From Chara braunii (lineage: Eukaryota > Plantae > Charophyceae): a stretch of 64,000 nucleotides of DNA. The stretch spans positions 6,235,115 through 6,299,114 of the forward strand of contig BFEA01000007.1 of NCBI GenBank assembly GCA_003427395.1, in the 5' to 3' direction. The translations under genes were made by a program, and so were the position numbers. Shown here one piece after another: positions 12,080 through 25,472 of the stretch (position 1 is the stretch's first letter; each line of letters opens with the position of its first letter). A model generated the notes under the pieces. It saw only the letters and a list, made by a program, of their open reading frames with translations. It searched no databases and was not told the origin of the DNA.

Positions 12080-14910
12080 CTGGGTCCATTGATGTCAATA
12101 TTAGAGGAAAAGGATGCCCTGGATGGTGGATACTGGAGCAGAAATGAACATTATGAATTCAGAAACGGCCGAAAGACTAGGGTTGAAAATCGATAGGAGA
12201 GATTGTGAATATCTCATTAGGATCTGTGGAAAGTCAGGGTACATGGGTATTGCATCAAACGTGATTGTGGAAGTACGGCAAGTTAGGGTTCGTTCATGCT
12301 TCTACATCATGCCTAGCCTGAATCTTCCCATATTATTAGGAAGGTCCTTCTTGTCACGATCAGAGACCCTCATTATGAACAAGCATGACGAGACCATGTT
12401 CGTAATCTTATGTGATCATGTGTATGGAAACTTCGAAGTCATTACTTGTAAAAATACAGGTCCCCACAGTTCGAAAAACCGCCTCAATCTTGGGTCATAT
12501 AACTTTGAGGAATCTGAGGATAGAAGGAAAAAACTAGAATGGGGGTCAAATGAGGAGGATGAGGAAGAAAAGAATGAGGGGTTAGCATAGAGCTTAGCTA
12601 ACATTGACCAAACTATGTACATGGTCTCCACTTATGAGATGGCGGAACCAGAGGCAATTTGGGCATTAGCTAACAAATTGTATGATTAGGAGGGAGAATG
12701 AATTTGATATACAAACCACTCCCTGGAGAAGAAAGAATGCAGGGTCCGTTTATTCAGGCTAGCGGCTAGCATTTTTTAAGGGTGGACTCAAGCAAGGAGG
12801 AAAAAGAAGGTAAAAAACAGTAGACAAGACGAGTCACCCGGTTCCGGTCTTAACAACGCATGAAGGAGTATATTATGAGCAAGAGAGGGATTTGATAAGG
12901 CAGATGAGAGATAAATGAGAAACTGAATCCTGTCGTATTGACAAGGAGACTAAAAAAAACTTGATCATTGAGGAACCTGAGTTTTTGACCAAGCAGGAAA
13001 AAACGTTAGTGATCGACTTAATGAAAGAAAAACATTGCGCCTATGCCTTTAACGATGAGCAGAGAGGGAGACTGGATGTGGACAAGGTAGGGATGATCCG
13101 AATCCACACGGTTCCGCACCAACCTTGGAACATTAGAGGGGTCAGGTACCCAGACCCCGATGATCATAGGAGAGTAGTGGATTACCTTGATGGAAAGATT
13201 GACTCTCATGTGATAGGTTTTTCTAGGGGGTCTTATGCCTCACCTTGGTTCTGTTTCATTAAGCCAAATGGGGTACTCAGGTGGCTGCAAGATTTACAAA
13301 GACTGAATGCTGTGACGGTTAGGGATGTTAGAGGACTCCTCAACGCTGATCAGCTCTCTGAAGCATGTGCAGGAAGATCTATTATCTTGCCAATAGACCA
13401 ATAACTGCAATGCACACTCCAAGGAGACTAATCCATATGAATGTGGTATCCCAAGGATGGACAAATGCGGTAGCCCTGATACAAAGAAGTATGGTCAGAG
13501 TAATGCAGCCAATCAGTTCGCAGATTACTTAGCCATATATCGACGATCTTGCAGTGAAAGGCCCAATGGTGAAAGATGAACAAGAGGTTGCATCTGACAT
13601 AAGGAAGTTTGTCTGAGATCATGTCAATGATTTCAGAAAGGTGCTTGATCTGTTACAAGAATATAACCTCACGGCAAGCTGAGCTAAGTCCAGACACTGC
13701 ATTAGAGAGACCACCATATTGGGTTTTGTATGCAACAAGCAAGGACGTCGTCCAAATACTGAAAAAACGAATAAAATTCTTGAGTGACCGACGTCATTTA
13801 GGAACATAAGTGAGGTGAGATATTTCCTTCGAACATGCGGGTTCTGGAGGATATTCATCGAGAGGTTTGCTACTAAGACTGAGCACGTGACAAAGTTGGT
13901 AAGGAAGAATCAGGAATGAGAATGAGGAGAGAAGTAGGAACAAGTGGTAAAGAGTTTGAAAAAGAAATCTGAGGAAGGAGGTCTTGTGTTGGAGGTCCCA
14001 GACTATGAAGCCATTATAGAGCAAACCTTCATCATAGAAACTGATGTCAGAACCACTGCCTTAGGAGGAGTTTTGATACAGGCAGATATTGAAGGTAAGG
14101 AAAAACCTTTGCGTTTTAAAAACCGCCCCCTCAATACTGATGAGCGAAACTACTCCCAGTTCAAAAAGGAGGCATTGACAGTGCTACACTGCGTACGTGT
14201 CTTTAGACACTACCTCTACGGGAGAAGATTTATCCTACGGATAGATCCAACTGCCCTTATGCATTCCCTCAAGAATTTTTCACCCACGGATCATACAATC
14301 GCAAAATGACTCACATACATCTGGATGTTCGATTTTCAGTTGGAGCGTATCCCAGGGAACAAGAACATGCCTGATGGGTTAAGCAGGATAAAATGGATCA
14401 AGTCTGGAGAGGCGAAGGAAGAAACGTCATCATTAGATGGGTTCCTGAACGGAGACGATATGCAACTCCATGTAAACAAATGAGAGCTAAGTGACAATGA
14501 TAAGGAAGCGAGGAGAGGAACGCCCATGTGGTTTGCGCCTGCAACTTTTGTAAAGATCGAAAGGTTGGTGTTGAAACCTTTCGTTGAAGAAGACTCAGAA
14601 TGAAAGAGAGATAGTAAAGGAAGATGAGATAGTGTTGGGAGACGACCCTAGGTTTAGTGAGGAGATAGAAGGAGAGGAGTTTGAGTAGGGTGAGATCTCG
14701 AAAGATTTTCGGGAAGAAGAATATGACGGGTTTCATATAGAAATGAGACTTCTTCTCTCCGGCGACTAGCGAGAAAGAGAAGTTAGTGAAAAACCTCTTC
14801 GCATGAGAGACCACTATATAGTAAGGGGTGACCATCTCTTCATTAGAGATAAAAGGGGGCCTCATATGAGGGTCATATGTGGCAGAAGTCGGTAGATCGA
14901 TGTCATAGCA
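12080..14910 (+). pseudogene. pol: gypsy pol: aspartic protease, RT, RNase H, start of integrase (decayed)
   Basis: MVDTGAEMNIM (protease); YASPWFCFIKPNGVLRWLQDLQRLNAVT and YIDD at 13536-13547 (RT); FIIETD...ALGGVLIQ...ERNYSQFKKEAL...FRHYLYGRRFILRID (RNase H). Confidence 0.92.
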
Positions 14911-17900
14911 TTGCTCAGGCGCGGGTGGTCACAAAGTTTTTCAAGCGCCACATTCATGCTCGCGACGTTTTGCAAGTTTTCACGACGATAGCACTGTTGC
15001 TTTCCGTCGAGACTCGCTTCGGCACCCACGTCATTATGATGCGGCCACTTCTTCAACTGCATGCGCATCTCATGCAGGTGGTCGGTGATGATCAATGGAA
15101 GGACACTGTTTGGTCAACGAAGAAGATTCGAGAGTCGAGACGATACCACGGAGGTCACAGTATATGTCGGTTGTCCTCAGTGGTGGGAGGATATGAGAGC
15201 GGTGTGCAAAGTGTTGGATCCCATCATGGATATGCTGCAGATGGTGGACAGCGACACGAGGCAGATTGACAAGATTTTGCATCGGTACGACGAAATGATC
15301 GTGCGTTGTTTGTCTGCATGTGCTGCTTTTGACAAGGACGAGCAGGACGCAGTGCTCAAAGTCTTTGACAGACGCCGCACTATGTTCAAGTCACCGACTC
15401 ATGTTGCTGCCATGATGTTGGATCCCGAGTTTCGAGAGCGCACGATGCGAGACGACGATGAGATGCAGCACGGTTTGAAAGTTGCTCTGGTTCAATTCGG
15501 GTACCCAGAGGGCTCGGCCCAGCACATCGAGGTTCTGACTGACATTGACAAGTTTCATGCTAGGGAGCCGCCATTCGACGATGTGGCCATGGATCAGGCG
15601 GCGTGGAGCTATCCCCATCCAGCTAGTTTCTGGGAGTCGAAGGAGAAGAGGTTCCCGCACACGGCCTTCTTCGTCGGCAGAATACTACACGTATGGCCGA
15701 CCGCATTACCTTGCGAGAGAACCTGGTCGCGCTGGAGCTTCATCCACTCCAAATCCCGTAACATGTTGGAGGTGACACGGACCGAGAAGCTCGTGCGATG
15801 CCACTGGAACCTTCGGCTTCTTGAAAGGCAGGCTATGTCGGATGATGCTCCCAATGACAGGCCGCATCCGTATGGGAGTTGGGTGCACTATTGGCACCAA
15901 GTGGAGGACGAGGTGCCCACTGACCTGCAGCTTGGCTCAGGCCGAGGAGCCCGTGCGACGGTGACGTAGGAGGAGCTGATGCAAGCGAGAGAGAGGATGC
16001 TCGCCGTGTTCCGCATGGGAGCCACTCGTCGATTGCGGGAGTCTGACAGGAGGAGGCGTTCTGGTGGGGGTCGCAGAGGTGGTCGTCGGGGAGGTCTTGG
16101 GCGAGGCACGAGTGGAGGTCCTGGCGGGAGGAGGACTATCGCGGGTCGTCGAATGACGGCGGACGAGCTTGTGCGCAAGCCTCGACAGCGATGGGACGAG
16201 GGAGATTTCTTGTACGAGAGCTCGTCCAGTGACGATGATAATTTCTTCGAGACTGGCGCGCCTGCATAGGACGACGACAACGATGTCGACGACCACCACC
16301 TAGACGTAGATGACGACGATGGTGCCGGAGGCGATGATCGCGGTGATGGAGGAGATCGACCCTGCTCAACACGCAGAGACGTTGACAGAGGGTCTGGCAA
16401 GGAAGCAAGACATTATCTCGATGAGGTTGACGCTGATGCACGGAGCGGTGCAGGGGGATCGAGACCTGGAGATGATGACACCATGTGCGGCGACGGGGCT
16501 GGAGGCGAGCACCTCGCAGTTTCGGATAATGTTGGAGATGGAGCGGATGATGACGGTGCAAGACCTATTCTGGGCGGTGCCCTGAAGCGCTTGAAACGTG
16601 GACCAAGGGAAGGAGACACTATCGTTTCACGTGTGCGCAAACGTCATGGTGGGGTTGCAGGCGTTCCACAACTGCGAGTCCCTGCAATTGAGCAGATTCC
16701 AGTTTCTGAGGACTCTTTCAGTGATGACGCTGAAGAGGAGCGGATCGAGCAAGATGATGGGAGTGGCCAGGCGCAAAATGATACTCAGACTATGCACGCG
16801 ACAACTCCGACAGGGTCTTCCGCAACAATCTTAGAATCGCAACAGGGTTGTGCTGCTGCACTGCAGCCACTCACATCTCCTGGCGGACCGTTAGTCTCAA
16901 CTGCGGTGACTTCAGACGTGCGGCGACCACCTCCAGCGGCGGAGCAGGAGAGAATGCTCCCACTTCGCAACGGTCATGCAGTTCAACTTGACGTACGCAG
17001 GGAGGTGGTTGCTATGTCGCAATCAGACACACATGGACCCCATGCATACGACACCGTATCGCGGCCACCACCTGCATTGGTGGAGGGGACTGTTGTTGCG
17101 TATCCAGACGCTGATCTCCCGAAAGGGGAGATCTCACACACTCCAGCACCCGAGAAGAGCGTCGCAGGCCATGTCGGTCTCGCATGCCCCACCGACAGTC
17201 TTCCGGGTACCGGAGAGTTATCGGCCATGGACTCGGTGCTCGTCTCTCTCCTGGCCTTAGCGACTTTGATATTTCCTGGTCTACCCCACGTGTCACCGCC
17301 CAACCCACATCAGCCTGTCGCCATAGAGCGAGGGCCAGACGCGTTTGATGAGTTTGGAGGCGATACAATCACGGTGTGCCCAACGGTGTCTGCCATGCCC
17401 ACAGTTTTCCGTGTTGGCAGACCTCACGACGTAGACCTCGGTATGGACGAGACGGCGACGCGACACCTCCACGACGGTCACCGCAGCATCGCACAACGTA
17501 GTTTGTCCGATTCGTTCGATGACGCGGAGGATGGTGGTTTTGCTGCATTCGCCGCAGTCGAAAGAGCAGCAAGACCTTCGCGTCCGCCGTCAGACTCAGA
17601 GCATCAATTCATCAGCGCGACTACCGGCGCAGTTGCTGGCGTTCCCGCTACGAACACCACCGACGCGACATAACAGTCTGTGGTGGGGTCATCGGCGACA
17701 ACGTGGCGCGAGAAAGCTACTGTTTTGCCGGCAGTGGCATTCTATACCAGCGGGACAACCAGTCGGGGGTTGGACCACAAGCGGTTATCGGGGAGCTGAA
17801 AATTCAAGAATGAAAATTTTGAAGTGAGAGTTTTGGGCAGTCTGAAAATCCAGAATGGTCTTGCAGTGGTGAAAGGTCCGAGAACCCTGAAAACCACCTG

Positions 17901-18772
17901 TTTCGGCAGGCTGTATCCTGAAGTGGTGAAGGGTGTCCTGAAGTGGTCAAGTGAGAGTTTTGGGCAGTCTGAAAATCCTGAATGGTCCTGAAGTGGTGAA
18001 AGGTCTGAAGACCATGAAAACCACCCTTCACCACTTGAGGATGTAACCTGCGTAAACAGGTGGTTTTCAGGGTCTTCGAAGCTTTCACCACTTCAAGACC
18101 ATTCATGATTTTCAGACCTGAATGGTCCTGAAGTGATGAAAGGTCCACAGACCCTGAAAACCACCTGTTAAGCAGGCTGAAGTGGTGAAGGGTATCCTGA
18201 AGTGGTAATGAAAAATATGACTCTTGTTAACCTTCTCTCGATTGGACAAGAAGGGAACTCGGATTGTGGGCAAGCCATCCGCACTCCCTATGGGGACACG
18301 ATCCATCGGGACTGTCGATGGTGCTCGCCACACCGCCATGACAGAGTACGAGGCCCGACAGGGGACTGCTTTGCCGACGAAGACATTTAATGTGCAGGCT
18401 ACGAGGGCCGCGAAGGCGAGTCTTTCTCGGGCAAGGAAGAAGGCCTCGACAAGGAAGGCGCCACGTTCATCGCCGCATATGCGTTCCCATCTTACGCGAT
18501 CCGACCCTCTGCATCTCGAGGACGGAGAGATTGCACCCGACGGCGATGCATTGGATGTTGGAGGGAGGGTTGCAACGACGACGGACCGTGTCGGCAGAGA
18601 GGGTGCAGGGGATGTAGTGGCGGGTGAGAAGAGACGCGACAGTGTGCTAATCGTCCACGACGACAGCACGGATGTAGCCCTTGGAGAGACCACAGGCACT
18701 GACGATGTCGGGGACTCCGATTACATGCCTAAAGCACGGGCGACGGACGGAGATGGTGGAGGAGGGCGATGA
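14910..18772 (+). pseudogene. hAT transposase pseudogene (5'-truncated) with long acidic/low-complexity C-terminal extension
   Basis: VETRFGTHVIMM, HVAAMMLDP, and the hATC dimerisation motif ALPCERTWSRWSFIHSKSRNMLEVTRTEKLVRCHWNL. ORFs 15061, 15979 and 16483 share one frame separated by single stops. ORF 18224 rejoins that frame once the 17776-18247 insertion is removed. Confidence 0.85.
17776..18239. mobile_element. MITE-like insertion in the hAT ORF
   Basis: Near-identical 8-bp flanks ggttggac (17768-17775) and gattggac (18240-18247). Internal tgaagtggtgaa/aaaaccacc repeats in both orientations. Excision restores SRGLD-KKGTRIVGK. TIRs are weak. Confidence 0.7.
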
Positions 18773-18949
18773 GTGAGACGGAGGGCACGACTCGGGCCAG
18801 ATGGGCAGCAGTCGCAGGGCACACCATCTGCAACGATTCCTTCCCCCATTGATCGGCGAGCTCAGGCGCAGCGGCTGCTGCGCTAAATGCAGGTCACACT
18901 TCAAGCGACACACGGTTCATCAATCGGCCGCGAAGAGACGGACATTCGG

Positions 18950-19030
<81 letters not shown>

Positions 19031-19075
19031 AATATATATATATATACGGAGAGAGAGAGAGAGGGAGAGAGAGAG
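18950..19075. repeat. (TA)n followed by (GA)n microsatellite
   Basis: Direct reading. Confidence 0.95.
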
Positions 19076-19964
19076 GACCTGCATTGTTTGAAAAGCAGGC
19101 CCGGGCTATCACTAGGACGGGAGGCCCTGTGGCCTAGGCCCGTAGCATGAGAGCCTATAGCCGGGCAGGCAGAGGCCATAGCGATATTGGTTCACATCAT
19201 CTCAATCTTGTACTGTTCTTTTGTTGCCCTCGCTGGTATCTTATTGTGATCGGTTGTTGGGACTCTTGAGACTTGGGAGTACTGTCAGATAGTGAGAAAC
19301 ACTGTTCAAACACCCAGTGTTATCTCCACACCTATGCAAAGTGGTTTCCGAAACTTTCTACTGCTTACTCTGTCTGTGTGCATTGTGTACTTTGTGTCCT
19401 CTCCCCTCCTTCTTAAGTGTGTGCGGCATGAATGGGCATGTGTGAGATTGTCTGCGTGTGAGTGTTGGTGAAAATATGAAAATTGACAAACAACCAAGTT
19501 CAAAAAAGTTCGGCATACAGTTGCGCGAATGTTTTCAACTTGTGTCTTGCGAAGTTGCGAGTATTTTTTTTTTTGTAAATCAGTGCAAAATTGCAAATGG
19601 AAATGGTGCAATGTTTACTGTTATCTATTCTTGTTTCTTTTTTTTTTTCAGCACCGAATCAGCGGTGGATGCAGTGCAATGTTTAGTTGACTTTAGTAGT
19701 CCATTATACTGAGCACAGAAAAAAAGGCCTCAAAGGCCCTCAATGTACGGTGTACATCGGTTGTAGACTTGCCGTCCCCCTGACCCCCACACCACCAACT
19801 ACCCCCGCCCCCCCTTGCACCAGAGGCAAGTTCATGCAACAGCTGCAACAACGGCAACACCAAGTTCACCAACCGCCCCGTACCAGTGGTACCACGACAT
19901 GACGGCGCTACTAGCTGGGATTAAGTTATTACTAACTTATTGGTAAGTTATTGCACTGCTTACG

Positions 19965-21517
19965 CAGGGCCTGGGCCCTATGATCCCCTATCCGCAGGGG
20001 CCAGGGCCCAGGGCCATGCAGCCTGCAGGGCCTGCAGAGTTGTGCAGACCGCAGTGCGGCCAGTGCCCCAAGGACCCCCACCCCAGGGGCCACGGCCCTG
20101 CAGGGACTGCAGATTGCAGTGCCCCGCTTCAGCAAGTGACACCAAGTTCACCAACCCATGGCGTTGTTAGGCCCATCACCCCGCATGGTCTTTATCCCGG
20201 CTATCCGGGCCACCCGGGCCACGTCCACAAGTCCCCGACCCGCAACGCGCGCCCCCCTCCCCACCTCCGGGGAGAGGGCCCCTCACCGTCGGCCGGACTC
20301 GGCCCCCACAATGGGCCACAAGTTCCCACAAGGGTCACAACTTCCCACAAGGCCCACAACCACGACAGTGACGACACCCCGCTCCCAGCAGCGGCCGCAC
20401 CAGTCACCCCAACAACTGGCCCTGGCCCTATCCACCATCCCCACAGGGTGCCCAGTGCCCCCAGGGCCCCCCACCCCCCGCGCCGTCACCCCGGCCCTGC
20501 ACTAGAGTGACCAGACACCCCGCACCTGGGCCCCGCACCCCGCCTTGTCACCCCGACCCCGCATGCAGACACCCTACCCCTGGGCCCCGCACCCCGCCCC
20601 GTCATCCCGGCCCCGCACCAGACACCCCGCCCCTGGGCCCCTAACCCCGCACTTCGACCCTGCCCCCGACCCCCGGCCCGCCACCCATCCCTGGCGGGAC
20701 CCCGCTGGCGCACCCTGCCAATTACCCCCGGCCCCGGCGAATGCCGAACCCCGCGACCCCCGGTCCCTGCAACCCCACTGCCCCACAACCTACCCCCGCC
20801 CCCGCTGCACCGGCTCCACAACCCCGGGACCACCGCCTGCCAACCCGTCCCCGCACCCGCCAAGGGGGTTCCACGGCCCCGGGGGGGACCCCATGTCGGG
20901 GCATTTTCTGCACGAACCAGAAAATGCCAGGGGCTGCATGGCGGCGGTGGCCATCCCCCAGTTTTTTTTTTTTTTTTAATTTGTTTTTGATTTGTTTTTT
21001 TTGAACTTTTTGTCCCCCTACCGGGGCCGGGGTCCCAGGTGCCCACCCCCACACCCCCGGAACCCCGCCGGGGTCCCGCAGCCGGGGGTCGACAACTATG
21101 AATCCCCCTCGGCGGCGGATAACCGCGGCCAAGTCCGCGGACGCGCAGCTTTGAAGCCACGTGGCGGCCGCAGGGGAGCGACTTTCGAAATTCTGGAGAC
21201 GCCACGTGGCGGTGCATTCCCGGNNNNNNNNNNNNNCCAAAACCCCGCCGGTCACCCTCGGCACCACAACCCGCACCTCCCAAAGACCCCCGCTCCCCGC
21301 AACCCCGCTGCCCCGCTGCCCCGCAGCGCACCCCCGCCACCGGACCACCGCCTCCTGAACCCCGACACCACGGCCCGCCGACCCGTCCCCACCCCCGCGC
21401 TTGGGCAACCCCGCACCCGCCAAGGGGGGTCCGCGCCCTCGGGGGGGACCCCATGTCGGGGCATTTTCTGCACGAGACAGAAAATGCCAGGGGCTGCACG
21501 GCGGTGGTGCGCACCCC

Positions 21518-21563
<46 letters not shown>

Positions 21564-21634
21564 TTTTTTTTGAATTCCCCCCCGCTCCCCCTTTATTGGG
21601 CCCGGGGTCCCGGGGCCGGTGGTCGACAACCCTG
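19965..21634. mobile_element. GC-rich non-autonomous hAT-type element(s) with two right ends
   Basis: Ends gtcgacaactatg (21100) and gtcgacaaccctg (21634; reverse complement CAGGGTTGTCGAC, hAT-like). A ~240-bp subterminal block is duplicated (20860-21100 vs 21420-21634). The left boundary is approximate. Confidence 0.6.
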
Positions 21635-24354
21635 GAGGAGACACTAGGCTAGGGAGGAGGGTTATTGAGGCTAATAGAGGCACTGACAGCTTAGGGGAGT
21701 GATCCACCACAACCCTTAGGCTGTGTGGAAGAGAGAAAGATTAGTAGGGGTCCCCATAACCCTCCTAGAGTGGACTCCATATCCTTAGTGATAGCAGTTT
21801 GTCATAGTTAGGGAGAGGCTGAGAAAGGCAGAAGGATGAGGGTTTGAAGTAGAAGGAAGCCATAGTTGGGCAACAAGGGTGCAAAGAGAAGGAAAACGAC
21901 ATACAGATTGACATCTCAACTCCAGGACATCAGAGGAGGTGAGCGGAAAAAAGAAAAGATGCTTTCTCTCTTCATCACCTTCCTCTTCTTCTTCTCTTTG
22001 CTCTGGGTCGTTTGCTATGGTGGATGCGGGAGTGTGGTTACCCCTTGATAAGTTTTGGTGCGCAGCCAGACGAAACGTGTCGGGGAATGTGCGTGTGAAG
22101 CAGACGGTTCGTGTAGGAGCTTCAATGTTATTCGTTGAGACATGAACGCAAAACGATTGGCCTTGCTGTTTCATTTCATTTCATGTGATTTTTTTTTCTT
22201 TTCTTCTTCTTCACCTTTTTTCCCTACTTTCTTCTTCTTCCTCCTCTTTGTCTTTACTATCCTCTATTATTTTTCCTTCTTTTAACTTTCCTTCATTTTT
22301 TTCACTCTCACTTACCCCCATCTTCATTTCCGCTTCTCCCTTTTTTTCTCTTTCTCTCCATGACTTACATACTAACCATGGGAAAAGTAGGAAGTAACTT
22401 CTTTACCAGAGGTTGTCTCCATATTGGCCATTTCCTCACTCCATTATAAATCGTCATTTTGTACTTTATGTTTTCAAGCTTGGGAGTGACTTTCACTCAC
22501 TCTCTCTTCATCTTTTTTTAAATTATTCACTTGGGTGTAAATCCCTACTTTAGTCTTTGCTTATTCTAGTGTTATAGTCATCATATACTCATACTTTGTC
22601 CATTTCCTCACTCCATTGTAAACCGCCACTTCATACTTCATGTTTTTAAGCGGGAGTGTGTTTCACTCACTCTCTCTCCATCTTTTGTTCGATTCTTCAC
22701 TTTGGTGTAAATCGCTGCTTTTGTTTTCGCTTATTTTAGTTTTGTAGTCATCATCCATTCATGCTTTGTCAATTTCCGTACTCAATTGTAAATTGCCACT
22801 TTGCACTTCGTGTTTTCAAGCTTGGAACTGAGTTTCACTCACTCTCTCTCTATCTTTTGTTCAATTCTCCACTTCGGTGTGAATCGCTACTTTTGTTCTT
22901 GCTTATTCTAGTGTTGAAATCATCATTTACTCATGCTTTATTCATTTTTTCACCCCATTGTAAATCACCACATTGTACATTATGATTTCAAGCTTGGGAG
23001 CGACTTTCAATCCCTCTCTCTTCATCTTTTGTAAAATTCATAACTTGGGTGTGAATTGCTACTTTCGTCAAAGCTTATTTTACTGTTGTAGTCATCATCT
23101 ACTCATTGTAAATCACCACTTTGTACTTTGTGTTTTCAATCGTGAGAGCGAGTTTCACCCACTCTCTCTCTATTTTGTGTCTAATTCTTCAATTGGGTGT
23201 AAATCACTATTTTTGTTTTTGCTTATTCTAGTATTATAATTATCATCTACTCATGCTTTGTCCCTTCCCTCACCCCATTGAAAATCATCACTTTGTATTT
23301 TCAAGCTTGGGAGTGAGTTGGACTCATCCTCCCTCCGTTTATTGTACAATGTTCACTTGGGCGTAAATCGCTACCCTTGTCTTTGCTTATTCCACTGTTG
23401 TAGTCATCATCTACTCATGCTTGCACCCTTTCCTTACTTCATTGTAAATCGTCACTTTGTACTTTGTGTTTTCGAGCTTGGGAGTGAGTTTCACCTGCTA
23501 TCTCTCCATCGTTTGCATAATTCTTCGCTTGGGTGTAAATCTCTACTTTTGTTTTTGCTTATTGTAGTGTTGTCGTCATGATCTACTCATACTTTGACCC
23601 TTTTCTCAACACATTGTGAATCACCACTTTGTACTTTGTGTTTTCGAGTTTTCTTTCTCCATTTTTTGTCCAAATTTTCACTTGTGTGTAAATTGTCACT
23701 CTTGTCTTTGCTTATTCTAGTGTTGTAGTCATCATCTACTCATGCCTTATCCCTTTCCTCACCCCATTGAAAATCGTTACTTTGTACTTTGTGTTTTAAA
23801 GTTTGGGAGTGAGTTGCACCCACTCTCCTTCCATTTATTGTCCAATGTTCACTTGGGTGTAAATCGTTACTCTTTTCTTTGTTTATCTTAGTGTTGTAGT
23901 CATCATCTATCCATGCTTGCTCCTTTCCTCACTTCATTGTAAATCGTCACTTTGTACTTTGTGTTTTCAAGCTTGGGAGTGAGTTTCACTCATACTCTCT
24001 TCATCTTTTGCCAAAATTTTCACTTGGGTATTAATCGCTACTTTTGCCTTTGCTTATTGTAGTGTTATAGTCATCATCTGCTCATGCTTTGTCCCTTTCC
24101 TCACCACATTGTAAATCGTCACTTTCTACTTTGTGTTTTCGAGTTTGGGAGTGAGTTTCACTCACTCTCCTTCCATCTTTTGTCTAATTATTCACTTGGG
24201 TGTAAATCACGACTTTTGTTTTTGCTTATTCAAGTGTTGTAGTCATCATCTACGTATGTTTTGTACTTTGTATTTCCAAGCTTGGACCCCTCCATCTTTT
24301 GTTTTATTCTTCACTTGGGTGTAAATCACTACTTTTGTCTTTACTTATTATAGT

Positions 24355-24966
24355 CTGCGTAGCACGGCGAACGTGTTCGTGCCCCTTCACATTCGGGCGA
24401 ACGTGTTCACGCATTCGCGTGAACAGCTCACGAACACGTGCGGACGAACATATATTTTTTCGTACAAAAAAACAAAAACAAATTTACTATTTCTCGGTTT
24501 TTTATTTTTAACTCATGATTGGCTACGAACTACGTAGCATTGCGAACGTGTTCGCGCCCCTTCACGTTCGCGCAAACGTGTTTGCGCGTTCACGCGAATA
24601 ACTCGCGAACATGTTCGGGCGAATATATATTTTATTTCGTAAAAAATATATATATATAGTTTTTGGTTTTTAATTTTTAACTCATGATTGGCTACGAATA
24701 TGAACATGAATCCAAGTTAAAAGTTGCTTGTATTATTATTTTACATAACATATTTTTTATTTTAATTTTTTTTGATAACGTTTTTTATTTTTTAAAAATA
24801 TTTTTTATGTTTGTGTTCGGAGTGTTTTTGGCGCTTGTTCACGTTCGCCTCCGAACTCGAACACGGTGCTACGTAGGCTAGAAATTTGAACATGACTCCA
24901 AGGCAAAGGTTGCTTGTATTGTTATTTTACATAACGTGTATGTGTTTCAGATTTTTTTTAGAACTG

Positions 24967-24998
<32 letters not shown>

Positions 24999-25350
24999 CG
25001 CATTCGGAGGTTTTTGGGCGCTTGTCCGGGTCGGGCAGAGCATGCTCGCACGCGCCTCCGAAAGAACTCACGATGCTACGCAGTTTATAGTATGTAAGCC
25101 GTATTCTACGCTTGCTTTGTCCATTTCCTCACCCCATTGTAAATCGCCTATCTGTACTTTGTGTTTTCAATCTTGGTAGTTAGATTCACTCACTCTCTCT
25201 NGTGTTCGGAGTGTTTTTGGCGCTTGTTCACGTTCGCCTCCGAACTCGAACACGGTGCTACGTAGGCTAGAAATTTGAACATGACTCCAAGGCAAACGTT
25301 TCTTGTATTGTTATTTTACATAATATATATATTTTTCAGATTTTTTTTAG

Positions 25351-25387
<37 letters not shown>

Positions 25388-25472
25388 CGCATTCGGAGGG
25401 TTTTGGGCGCTTGTTCGGGTTCGGGCGAACATGGTCGCGTTCGCCTCCGAAAGAAAACACGGTGCTACGCAG
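24355..25472. mobile_element. hAT MITE (same family as 6544-6911) with a nested copy and a duplicated right half
   Basis: TSD attatagt (24347-24354, 25473-25480). TIRs ctgcgtagcac / gtgctacgcag. Confidence 0.88.
24530..24876. mobile_element. Nested MITE of the same family inside the 24355 MITE
   Basis: TIRs ctacgtagca / tgctacgtag. Flanks gctacgaa / gctagaaa form a decayed 8-bp TSD. Confidence 0.8.

Larger units (their letters stand above)
5000..14910 (+). mobile_element. Decayed Ty3/gypsy LTR retrotransposon (non-chromovirus, tRNA-Asp primed), truncated at the start of integrase
   Basis: LTR-like end ...cgcgaCA at 6320, then PBS, gag with degenerate CCHC, protease, RT and RNase H in gypsy order. 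The 5' LTR start was not resolved. Confidence 0.88.

Noticed and set aside
19940-21710. Multiple long Pro/Gly/Arg-rich ORFs on both strands
   Set aside because: Expected from very GC-rich subterminal repeats, with no domain motifs.
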